Counted from the first letter of the stretch, positions 22,826 through 33,674 are shown. The stretch is DNA of 64,000 nucleotides from Vicugna vicugna (GCA_013265495.1 MU060796.1:1059104-1123103); one strand, 5' to 3'. A program made the numbers and translations. The notes: generated by a model not told the origin, from the letters alone.

Positions 22826-23006
22826 GTGACTGCTGAGTGCAGGATGCGAAGGGAGGGGGCGAGTCTGGGGGTCGTGCCCGGGCAGGCGGAGACTGGCAGG
22901 TCCCCGGGAGCGCAGGGTGCTTACCACTCGGCGCCTGCCTCCCGCGGCCATGGGTCCCGGAATGGAGACTCTAAAGGCCCTGCTTTTTCTTCCCCGCTTC
23001 CCACAG

Positions 23007-23073
23007 ATCGCTGTAGTGCCTTGGAAGTGGAGAAAAAGTTACTCAAGACAGCTTTCCAGCCGGTGCCCAGGCG
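23007..23073 (+). CDS. IRX3: IRX3 coding exon 3 (67 nt, (D)RCSALEVEKKLLKTAFQPVPR(R))
   Basis: Acceptor TTTTTCTTCCCCGCTTCCCACAG|AT and donor GGCG|GTAAG. Phases fit exons 2 and 4, and the peptide matches the IRX3 C-terminal region. Confidence 0.95.
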
Positions 23074-23505
23074 GTAAGAGACCCCGAGCTGGGGTAGGGT
23101 GGTGGGAACGGCAGGCGGGGGAAGGAAAGAATGCGGAGGAAACTCGGGCTTCTGCCCCCGGGGGAACACAGCTAGGTCGAGCTTTTAAAAGGGGGCGAAA
23201 CACACTCCAACGTTGTCCCCGGGGGCCCAGAGATGGCTCGACAGCCCCAGTCCAGGCACTCTCAGGCCAGGCCCTTGGAACGGGCAGCGGTTCTGTGAAG
23301 CCCACCTTCTTCCAGCCTCGGACTTCAAGGTCCTCCCGCCCATCTTACAGTTAAACCGGAAGACCAACATCTACAGCTGGACCTCATTTCACATTGAGAC
23401 GCCTCCCTGCCCCCGGCCTCAGCCCTGGGTTGGGTCTCCCAGTCCTAGGCAGCTTCGGTGCCCCTCACTCTCACTTCCTTTGCTACCACTGCCTCTCTCT
23501 TCCAG

Positions 23506-23560
23506 GCCCCAGAACCACCTGGACGCAGCTCTGGTCTTGTCGGCTCTCTCCTCATCCTAG
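23506..23560 (+). CDS. IRX3: IRX3 coding exon 4 ((R)PQNHLDAALVLSALSSS*)
   Basis: Acceptor CTCTCTCTTCCAG|GCCC and TAG at 23558-23560. Typical Iroquois-type C-terminal LSALSSS. Spliced CDS totals 1500 nt. Confidence 0.95.
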
Positions 23561-23689
23561 TCCTTTTTAAAAATTTTTTAAATCATTGTAATAATTGTAA
23601 AAAAATCGCTCTGTATAGTTATGACTTGTAAGCATGTCCGTGTACGAATACCTAAAAAGAAAACTAAACCAAAAAAAGAAAGAAAAAGA

Positions 23690-23695
23690 AATAAA
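23690..23695 (+). terminator. Candidate proximal poly(A) signal
   Basis: AATAAA 130 nt after the stop codon, preceded by several TGTA motifs. It lies in an A-rich run, so it may be incidental. Confidence 0.35.
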
Positions 23696-23885
23696 GCAAG
23701 TCCCCCTCAGTCCTCCCCCAGTTGCTTCTGTACCCCGCATTAGCTGAGTGTGAGATTTGTTTGTTCGGTTGATTTTGGGGGGGTGGAGTTTCAGTAAGAA
23801 TAAGTGTGTCTGACTTTTTTGTATATAAAGGAAAATGTATATATGTGTGAACCAAATTGTACAAGAAAGTATCTATTTTTGGCTA

Positions 23886-23891
23886 AATAAA
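23886..23891 (+). terminator. Canonical poly(A) signal (distal/main) of IRX3
   Basis: AATAAA with upstream TGTA elements (23820, 23836, 23858) and downstream TGTTTGGTGTTTTTTGTTTTGTTTTG. Confidence 0.8.
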
Positions 23892-25589
23892 TGAGCTGTT
23901 GCCACTTTGACTATACCCCGCCTGTCCGCTCCCAGAGGGATCTGTTTGGTGTTTTTTGTTTTGTTTTGCCTTCCTCCACCATGTTGGAAGAGTCCCCCGA
24001 ACCAGCGGTGGGAAAAAAGGCGAGGCGAGTCAGGGCCGTGTGATCAGAGCAGAGCACAGGTACAGGAGACACAGAGCAGAGCAGAGGTAAAGTGGCCAGG
24101 CTTGGGCTGCTGCTGGAGGAAAGGTGGTGGGAGAAGTATTCGGGGTGCCTGAAAGAAAGTGCGAAGGAGACAGGTGGAAAATGGGGCAAGATTCCCTACA
24201 AGGAGCTGTGAAACTGGGCCCAACCCACCGGTCCCCTGGAGTAGCACAGTGTCTTGCGGCCTCCTCTGATGACACAGCAGAAAGACTCAGAGAAGGATCT
24301 GGACGCCCCCCACCCCCACCAGTTCTTAGGCACAATTGAGGCTTTCTCCCTCTTACATGAGGGGTTGTGCCAGCTCAGCTTCAGGCCTCCTTCCAACCAC
24401 CTTGCACCCCCAGACTCCTCCTTATAGAGGTAGGGATGTGGGGTGGCAGTGAGTAGAGGTGGGTATGGAGAAGCAGGGAACCTAGAGGTGCACATCATTT
24501 CCTCTAGGTGACTATGCCCAGCCCGAATTACGAGTCGGGGGGACCCGGGTCCGGAAGGCATCAGTGCATCTTGGCACCCCAGTGGATTTTCCCCAAGTGC
24601 CCTTGGAAGGGCAGCTTTCTGAGGTCCTGGTGCGGGGAAGAGGCAAGTAGAGGGTGTTAGGGTTGCTGCAGGGTCCAGCTGGGATTTCGGATCCAGGCAG
24701 GCCAGGGGCAGGCGGGCCTGGGGAGGGAGCCGGGAAATTTGGGGCTGGAGCTCCCTCTACAGGACAAAAGGGCCGCTCAGCGCCTGCCTCAGCGGCCTCT
24801 CCAGCCAGGCCAGGCTTTGCGTCCCCTCTGCGCCCTCCTTTTCCCTCTTGCTGTCAGCCAGTCTTGCCCAACTTTGACTTAAAGTTGGAAGGATGCTGGA
24901 AGAGTGACGCCTTAGGGTACGAAGTGAGGTTATCATTTTTTGCATCTCCCTCCCCACGTTAAGTTAGTAAATTTATAGGACGGCCAGGCTCCAGGTATTT
25001 GCCCTGCATAGTGGGGTCTGTGACAACCTCACAGGTCTCTGGGGAGGTTTGGGGAGAGCTTGCACAAATGAAGTCACGGAACAAGGCACCAAGTCATAGT
25101 GTACACCCTCAAGGTGAAGTTCAATGGGAGCGGAGGGAGTTGGGCAAGGACCCATTCATTCAGGCACAGCCGCCAGCGCTGAGTCCCAGGGACCCCCCAT
25201 GAGGGTGGGGTTGTCTGGGTGGGGTGGGGACCCAGGGCAGGTGGAAAGGAGGGTCTGTCAGCCAGCCTGTCAGTCCGTGGCCCTTGGGGCTCACTGAGGG
25301 CTGGTGGAACAGAGGCAGACACCCAGCAAAGACTTTGCCAACCTGGGGCTCACTCCTGTAGCCCCTTCGTGGGAGGCCAGCGCCATCTCAGGTTTCCTCA
25401 GGCTCCCTCCCCAGTGGCAGGAGCAGCCTGTGGTTCAGCCCTGGCCCTGGGCACAGCGCCTCAATGTGGAACCGGCTTCAACTGCCTGGGCCTTGAACCT
25501 CAGAGGCCCAGCCTCAGGACCTGGGCAGAGGCCTCTGGTTAACCGGAGTGTCTTTCCAGGGACAACAGCCTGATAGGCCTTCAGCTAGT

Positions 25590-25800
25590 GCCTCACAAAC
25601 ATCATCTAGCACAGACGGAGTTCCCCCATCTGCATCCTGTGACATTCTGGGCAGACAGTTAATTTCTCTGCACCCTATAACTCATCTGCAAAAAAGGGCA
25701 TGACACCTCCATGGCAGAGGTGGTTGTGAGGATGAGAGACAAGACACACCCAGCGCTGGCATGTAGTTGGAGGAATAAATAGCCCTGGTCTCATTATCAT
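25590..25800 (+). mobile_element. Degenerate MIR (first recognisable TE downstream of IRX3)
   Basis: GGGCAGACAGTTAATTTCTCTGCACCCTATAACTCATCTGCAAAAAAGGG...GGTTGTGAGGATG. Confidence 0.55.
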
Positions 25801-27680
25801 AGTCCAGAATCTCAGACCCTACTCCTGAAACTCCTGGCAAGATTCTGCCCCACTCCCTCCCATTAGCCACAGAAGCCAGGTGTCTGCATTCAGGCCTCTC
25901 AAGACCCAGCTGGACCCAGGTAGAAAGGACCCTCGCCAGGCAGGAGTGCAGCAGGGAGAGACAGTTACAGCAGAAGTCAGGCAACCTTCCCACTCTGAAC
26001 ATCCACCAAGAGGGGAGAATCTGCATCCATCTGTTCATAGAAAGATGGGCATGTAGAGGCCAGGCCCAGCCTGGAAGGGTCTGCTCCTCTGCCCCTATAT
26101 CTCCTGGGAAAACCCTGGGGTTTGGTCAGCATTTCAGCCCATCTGATTCTGGGGATAATGGTCCTTGGAGGGGGCCAATCGTGCCTCACTGGAAGGGCAG
26201 CGTGCGTGGTCCCGGAGGAGAGATGAGAGGCACCTGGCAGAGGCTCCCATGTGTTTGTGTCTTCTCTATCCCGTAGAACACATGGCCCCTTCCAGCGGCC
26301 CCAAGTTGACCCAGATAATGTGATCAAAAAAGAAAGGAACCCCATAAGCTTTTCAGTTAAAAAGGGGTAGAGGAGACCCCTTCTTTGCAACATTTCCATT
26401 TCACCAGGGAACAGATGCTTCCTCTCAAGGCCTCCTCCCTGCATCCTTCCCATCGCCTTCTTTTCAGGGATTCTACAGTCTGCCTCTGCCCTTTATTGTC
26501 TGGCCCTAAAATTTAAAAAGGAAAATAGAAGCTAGGGAAGAGAGGGAGAGAAAAAAAAGGGAGGCAGAGAGAGGAGAGAGAATATGTGGGAATCTCATCC
26601 TTGGTCCTGATTAAGCTTCAATTAGAAATAAAATGTCAATCACTCTGCCTGGAAGGGGTTCCTGCTGTCGGGGCTGGTTATGCAAAGCACTCCGAGGTGT
26701 GTAGGGATAATCAATTAGGTCAGAGGAAGGAGTAGATGTCACTGCTTCCCTCATTATCTGAATGGAGCTGGAGGTAGGGGTGCTTCACCAGGCCAGGGAG
26801 CCAGAGGAGAATGAAATTATCTCCCTAAGTGATGGCCCGCCTCTGGGACTGGCACATGCATGGGTTCCAGATGAATTTCTTTGGAGTGGAATATACAGCG
26901 AGGAGGGAGCGGGGTCCAGTCTGGAGGCAGCATGCAAGGGCCAGGGGGCTAGTGCAGCAGAGGCTTTGAGGAGAGCGAGGGACTCACCTGGGCTGCATTC
27001 TCTGGGCCCCTGGTTGGCAGGCAGGGCCGAAGGGTCTACTGTCTTAGGCCTCCATTCTAGAAGGTTAGTGAATGCTTGGGTAGGAACTGGATGTCAGATG
27101 TCTTCACCGGTTTGTAGGGAGTTTCGGGAACTCGCTTCGGGCCTAATTATTTGTCTCCTTCTGGAAATGTCCCCTGCGTCCTGTAATTCCTGGTTGTATG
27201 TACCCATCCCCTCCATCAAATGAAAATGGGCAATTGCGGGTGTGTAAAAGTTGCGTCTGTGGTTAGAGCCACTGCCCACTTGAGTAGGGGCAAGCCGCAT
27301 CCTCTCTCAGGGTCCCACCTCCACCACGTGCAATTTGGAGGAGATTGGATTAGATGAAACTTTCTGACAAGTCCAACTCAACAGTTAGGCATGAAGGAAA
27401 GAAGTGTGGGTCCAAAGATAATTATGGGGGCTGAAACGGCCCATCTTGATCCTGACTGGCCACTGTCATCTGATCCAGCCAGCCAACCTGACCACATTAA
27501 AAATGTCCATCTATTGTGGGACCAACCTAGCTTTGAAGCAGCTGCTGCTTCCCCGTGAACAGAAGCTCCAGCCCCTCCGAAGGCCATCCTGATGGTCTGG
27601 ATGGAAATCCCCACAAAGCATCTCTTCCTGAGGGTGGCGGGGATGAGCACTCAGGGCAAGAGACCTGGAAGAGGTCCTAA

Positions 27681-27890
27681 GAGCGGGTCTCAACCAGGCG
27701 ATCCTCCGCTTTCGGGACCGATGGCAATGTCTAGAGACCCTTCCAGTTGTGACTGGGTAGGGGTGCCACAAGCAGCTCATGGGTGGAGACCAGGGATGCT
27801 GCTAGAAGTCCTACAAGGCATAGGCCAGGGCCCCGCAACAAAGAATTATCCAGTCCAGAATGTCAGCAGGGCCGAGGTTGAGAAACTGTG
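27681..27890. mobile_element. MER20 hAT-Charlie MITE, near full length
   Basis: GGTCTCAACC...GGCAATGTCTAGAGAC...CCAGGGATGCTGCTAGAAGTCCTACAA...CAACAAAGAATTATCC...GCCGAGGTTGAGAAAC. Confidence 0.9.
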
Positions 27891-30169
27891 GAGCTGAGCG
27901 AGGGAAGAGGTATCTGGGGCAATCCCAGCAAGGCATTTTCTCCCAGAAACTGCAGCCTTGTAGAGAGAAACATTAAAGCAGGGCGCTAAGTGGGACGTTT
28001 TTTGCTCTTTAAGAACTGTTGGCCCTGGAAGAGGGAAGTAGGGGTGAGGGAGCGCAAACAGGAAACTGCCAGCCTGGGGAAAGAGCAAGCAGGTTTCAGC
28101 TCAGCCTGGTGCCCAGGGGAGCCCCTGGGGATGGGACCATCTCAGCCCAGAGGGACAGAGTCAGCCCCAGAGAGGATATGTGTCTGGAAAGTTGGGGCCT
28201 TTCTCCCTGGATATTTCTATCAGGAGCAGGTTACTGGAACGTTATAGACGAAAGCTCAACTCCTGTGGTTTTGCCTCATAATTATTGCCACCTCCTAACT
28301 GCTGTCAGGCCTACTGTGCACAGAAGTGCATCTATTTATTTATCTTTTACCCGGGACTGTGCGCATGCGTGTGCCTGCACGCGCGCGCGTGTGTATGTGT
28401 GTGTCCCATGTCGGGGAGCAGGAGCGGGCCGATGGCAGGGTACGGTCTTACTCTGGGGCCGGCCGTCGAGGACGGGAAGGCGGTGGCTTCAAGGCTTTTG
28501 TCCTGCCTCCTCTCACCGGTCCAGGCCGCTAACAAGTGAGCCCGCAGCCCTTGGGGCCTTTGGAGCGCACTCATCTAAGGGACTGAGCCCTTCTCAGACG
28601 CTCAGATTTATTTTGCCAAAGTTACAGGGCCATTATGGAAATGCGCCCTTTGAAGCTGGGCTGGTTTCTCTTTATTTCCCTTTCCCTGACAAAGCAGAGC
28701 TTCCCTGCCTCTTGTGGGCTTTATTTTTTTCGCCCCCTCCCTCTCTCTGTCCCTTTCCTTTTCCCCTCTCTTTTTTTTTTCCCTGATAATTATGAAATAG
28801 CGGGAGTTTCCAGGGTTAATTTGAAAAAATCTTTTAAACGGTGATTAAAAAATATTTATAAATTAAAAGAAGATGACTAGTATTTAAATATTATGTTGGG
28901 GTTTTTTTTAAGTGGGATTTTGTAGGCCTGGAGGAAAGAAAGGAATGAATGATAGTCAGAGATAGACCTCTCATGCCCAGGTCACTGTAGGTCTCTGACA
29001 CCCTTGCCAGCCAGAGGTCCAGAGTAGGGCAGTCAGACCGGCCACCTGGTTGGTTTCCAGACTGTTTCAGCCACCTGCACACCACGCCCCCTCCACCCCG
29101 CCCCGCTATGGAATCTCAGCTCCACAAACTGGGCAGGACAAGTGCTCTGCCTCCCTCTTCTCACACCTCCGTATGAATCAGAGGCCCAGACTCAACAGAG
29201 CTGTGTTTTCCAGGCTTTGTACACTATTCATCACTGTAGCACAGAATCTGGAGGCTCTGTGTGAACCAGCCCCACTGATTTCCCTCGTCCCGCCCCACTT
29301 TGCTTGACTTGACGCTGGGGTGTGGAGGGAAAGTGTCTGAAGCCAGGCGGTGTTCACCTCAGTGCTGGCCAGGCCTTCAAGGGGGAGAGCCGGCCTGCTT
29401 AGCATAAGGGGAGAGGGGGCTCAGTGTCTGCTTTTTAGGGTGGCTTTGAAGTTTTCTGTGTCCATAGTTTTGTTTGCTCCTTCCTCCCTCCCTTCCTGTC
29501 TTTGGGGTGAAAGGCTCATGATCTGTCCACAAACTCTGACAGGAAGTCTCGTCACCTTCAGGAGCCAAGGCCTGTCCGGAGTGGAGGCCCTTTCAACTCC
29601 CACTTCCTGTGCCGGGTTTAAAGAAAATAAAATCAATTAAATGGAGTTAAGTGCTTATGATTTGATAGGCCCCATGATAAGCTCTTCGCATGCATTTGAT
29701 TTGATGGCCACAGCCATCCTCGGTGAAGGCAGAGATGAAGAAATTAAGGCTTGGGGGAGGGGGAGCGGAGTTTAAAAAACTCTTCTGGTAACATGAACAA
29801 TCTCCATGGCATGCAAAATATCCTGGAGAACATTCCCTGCAGCAGGCTACCATCTGAATTAAAAGGAGAATATACATTTGTTGGTTCAAGAAGCTGGAAA
29901 GAGTTATAAGCCTTAAAGAAAGGACCTGAGCAACTGGAAGTTAAGGACCTGAGGAATATTTCTCAGTCTATATCCTTTGTTCCTTAGGAACTATGTGAAT
30001 AATTAAGTTAGCTTAGCTGCACTGAACCCCAGTGCCTTACTCTGTAAATGCTCTTATCCAGCATTTATTGAGTATATACTATGTACTGAGCACAAGTATT
30101 AACTCATTTAATCCTCCCAAAGAACCTAGGATGTAGACCAAGGATTTGAATGCATCAGTACTTCCTTTG

Positions 30170-30420
30170 CTTCATTTCAGCTTCTGCGTCACTGTTGCCC
30201 TTCTCTCAGACTCCTCCAGGTGGCAGGTACACAGGCATCATTAACTCTGTGGCCATGGCCTGAGAGCTAGTGATCCTAAGGGGAAGAAATGGTTTCTCTC
30301 GCTTGGTTTCAGTTGTAAAATCCCAAGGAAGCACCTTGATTGGCTCAGCTTGGGTCATGTGTTCATTGCTGGGCCAATCACAATGGCTGGAGGTGTGGCA
30401 GGAAGAGGAAGAAAAGAGAG
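30170..30420. mobile_element. Old MaLR LTR fragment (MLT1J/K-like)
   Basis: TGATTGGCTCAGCTTGGGTCATGTGTTCATTGCTGGGCCAATCAC, diagnostic of the older MLT1 families. Confidence 0.65.
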
Positions 30421-33400
30421 GATGCTACTATTATAGAAATGGGAGGGGGAGGGAATGTGTGCAGGGCAGATACAGTCAATCCACATCGACTACACTGGAG
30501 GGGTAGGGAAGGGTATGAGGCAATTAAGAAGGAAGACCTGTGAAGAGGCTGCGGAGGCGGGTGAGAAGGGAGAGTGATCAGCTCTTTCACCAAAGGCCAG
30601 TCTTGCAAGTCACTGAACAAAGGCCAAAACCCAAGGCAAACAAGCCCTCAGGCCTTCCAGGCCCAGCAGACTCCCTCGGTCACCATACTGAGATGGGTAT
30701 GGGTCATGCCATATCGTCTTAAGATTTCCCACCTGAGTATTTCTAGGGAAAATGGTGAGTGAACGTACAGCCTGAAGAATCTAAGGTCCAAACCAAAGTG
30801 GCCCTCTTGCAAGAGTGCAAGTCCTTTCACGTCTCACTTTTTATCTTATTGAGGAGTCTGCCTCTTACGCCATGACTTTCCCATTTGCCTTGTTATAAAG
30901 GTAGTTTTTCCTGAACAGATTTTCAGATAAAATGGATAATTCAGGGCCCCTATTTAACCTGTGGCCTTGATCTCTCCTGGGACACTGCTGGACACCATGG
31001 AGTTCTGGTGCCTTGATTTAAGGAGCTTGGGCACATGGGTTGACAGCAGTTGGACCCCAATGTCTTGAGATGGTGACAAAGGGCAGAAGGATGGGGTCAG
31101 ACTCTTGGGGACCCACATTTTGCTTAAAGTCAGTAGAACTTTAGAGCCCGACATGTTCCTTCTCTTTAATTGTCCCCTCTCTCTTCCCTTTTTACACTTG
31201 AACCTGAGCTGGGGGATGCATCTTTGGGCTGGAGATTATCTTGGTGCTGGGTATATCCCAGGGCCTAGTACTAGTGAGTGCTCAATAAATACCCATGGAA
31301 TGCGTTGGTGCTTTGGAATTCAGCAATCAAACAGGCTTTTCTTAAAAATGTATTTAGATGGTGAGGAAAATCACTTGTAAATATTTTATAAGGTAAGAAT
31401 TACTAAATATTATCATTCTAAATATAATTTTGTAAAAATATCCTAGTCATTATGAAACAACAACTTTAAATACAAGTATATATAAGATAGTAAGAGTTAT
31501 TTTGAGAACAAAGGGTAACTCTTAATCTCTTGTGTAAAGGTTGGGACTTGTCATCATGTTTTCCTAGATGAAGTGAACATGAGAGTGTAGTTTGAAGGCA
31601 GAAGCCACTCTGTTTTCAGTTGTCCTGTGTCCTCTATCTGCCGTAGCTGAGCACCCTAAGTATACCCAGTAAATATGCCCAGTCCCTCCCGACCACTCAT
31701 GTATTACGGTGCAGTCGGGACCATTTATGAGGTCAGGCAGTGGGGTTGGGGCCCTGGCACCCTGTCATGTGGTCTCACTGATTTTCCTAAGGCATTCATT
31801 TATTGTCCACCTTGAACAGTCAGGCCAGGAGGTCTCCACAGCACGGTCTGTCCTCCCGGCAAGGCCCCTGACCTTTTGTGTCCTGGAACACAGCAGAAGA
31901 GCAGTCTGGCTCAGCCCAGCTGGACATAGCACCTGGGAAAAGGCCATAGACTCGATTGCTTGCTTCTCCGGCACGCAGAATGGCCACTGCCAAAAATATA
32001 ATTACCCAGAAATGTGGAATGCAGACGCCGCAGGAGAGAGGGGCTGAGCAGAGAGGGCCGGGGAGGGAGGCGACAGAAGGGCTGGCCGAGGCAGAGCACT
32101 TCTGATGACTGGACAGAGTCCCTGTCTGTGGCTTGGTGAGCTGCACCATCACAGGGGCCTAGGAGGCACCAGGCACTAGGCTGATCCGCAAACTAGAGGC
32201 TTCTAAGGAAGTTGTCTCGACCATTCAACCTCTCCAAGAACGGAGAGGCTCCTTCCATCCCATTAAATGATGGACAATCAAACTCGCTTTGCAACAGGAG
32301 AATCAGGCCATCTGCCCTGGAGGGAGGCAGAGGAGGAACCCACCCATATCATCTCCCTGGTCCTTAGATGGCACATTTGTGATGGGAGCGTAAGATGGGC
32401 TACAAGTTTGCCTGTGGAGAAACCACAGCAGAACGTCTCTTCTTGCCGCCTCTGAGATCTCTGGCTCACAGGCTTTCACACAACTGCTGAGCTCATTCTG
32501 GGTCTGGGTATACTCTGGTCTAGTCCTCACTGGCGTGCTAATTACAGAAAAGCTGGCATTTCTCTTTGCTCTAGCAACACCCCCTCGAGGTACAATATAC
32601 AGTTGGTTATTAGTGGCAAGCTATGGGTCATCTCTGAATTGATATTAGTAACTCCAACACTGAGAATGCGTCACAACACACACCAACACGTAGGTGTGAC
32701 ATTCGAAATATTTAACAACTGGGGCCTCACCACCCTCAGAACTGGCAGGGATCTGAGGTCTCCTGTGTGCCAGACACTGACAAGTCAGTCTGTGAGTCAC
32801 AGAGGTCCGGGGAAGGGCCAGAGCAAAAGAGGGGACACTATTAACCAACTGTCATTGAACTCTATCTATACTTTAAAAATGGAGACAACTGGATAACCAC
32901 GCACAGAAGGATCAAGTTGGATCCTTCCTCATTCCATACACAAAAATTAACTTGAAATGTATCAAAGACTTAACTGTAAGTCTGAAACTATAAAGCCCTT
33001 AGAAGAAAATACAGGCAAAGATACTTGTGACATTAAGTAAGGTAAAGGCTTCTTAGATATGGCACCAAAAATAAAAATAGTAAAAGGAAAATTAGATAAA
33101 TTGTACTTCAAAAAATGTAAAACTATGTGTTACAAAGGATAACATCAAGCAGGTGAAAAGATAACCAATAGAATGGAGGAGATATTTGCAAATTATATAT
33201 CTGATAAGAGAACTGTATCTCGAATATGTATTTAAAAACTATTTCAACTCAATAATAATAGACAAATAACGCAATTTAAAAGTGGGCCAAGGATCTGAAT
33301 ACACATTTCTTCAAAGATGATGTACGAATGACCAATAAGCACATGAAAAGATGCTCGATGTGATTAGTCATCAGAAAAATGCAAATCAAAACCACAATGA

Positions 33401-33674
33401 GGTATCACTTCACATTCAGTAGAATAGCTCTAATAAAAATGATGGGCCCTAAGAGGTGTTGGTGAGGATGTGGAGAAATAGTAACCTTAACACACTGTTG
33501 GTAGGAGTGTAAAATAGGGCAATCCTTTCAAAAAACAGTTTGACGGTTATTCAAAAATTAAACATAGTTTCTATATGACCCAACCATCCCATTTCTAGAT
33601 ACACACCCAAGAGGAATGAAAACAGACACACACAAAAGCTTGTATTTGAATGTTCACAGCAGTGTCATTAATAA

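Larger units (their letters stand above)
15540..23300. promoter_or_regulatory. Large CpG-island domain spanning the upstream region, promoter and gene body of IRX3
   Basis: Visibly high GC and CpG density in sub-blocks of about 15540-16370, 16780-18700, 19250-20660 and 20900-23300, against a CpG-depleted background. Short-read-type N gaps fall in the GC-richest parts. Obs/exp CpG was not computed. Confidence 0.85.
23561..23915 (+). other. IRX3: IRX3 3' UTR
   Basis: AU-rich sequence from the stop codon to AATAAA at 23886-23891. A GU/U-rich downstream element at about 23940-23970 places cleavage near 23905-23915. Confidence 0.8.

Noticed and set aside
22826-22836. Exon 2 read-through ending GDC* (ORF 21703-22836) as the true C-terminus
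   Set aside because: A good GT donor plus in-phase exons 3 and 4 reconstitute the known IRX3 C-terminus. The read-through is the ORF finder ignoring splicing.
20369-22951. Antisense and alternative-frame ORFs overlapping IRX3 (for example 21665-22951 minus, 428 aa; 20369-21328 minus)
   Set aside because: Expected shadows of a GC-rich coding exon, inflated by N gaps, with low-complexity translations.
30213-30226. CCTCCAGGTGGCAG, one mismatch to the CTCF core
   Set aside because: Lies inside an old MaLR LTR fragment with no supporting context; such matches occur by chance at this window size.
32875-33674. L1 ORF2 remnant as a possible active or domesticated gene
   Set aside because: Many stops and frameshifts; no ORF of 60 aa or more across most of it.
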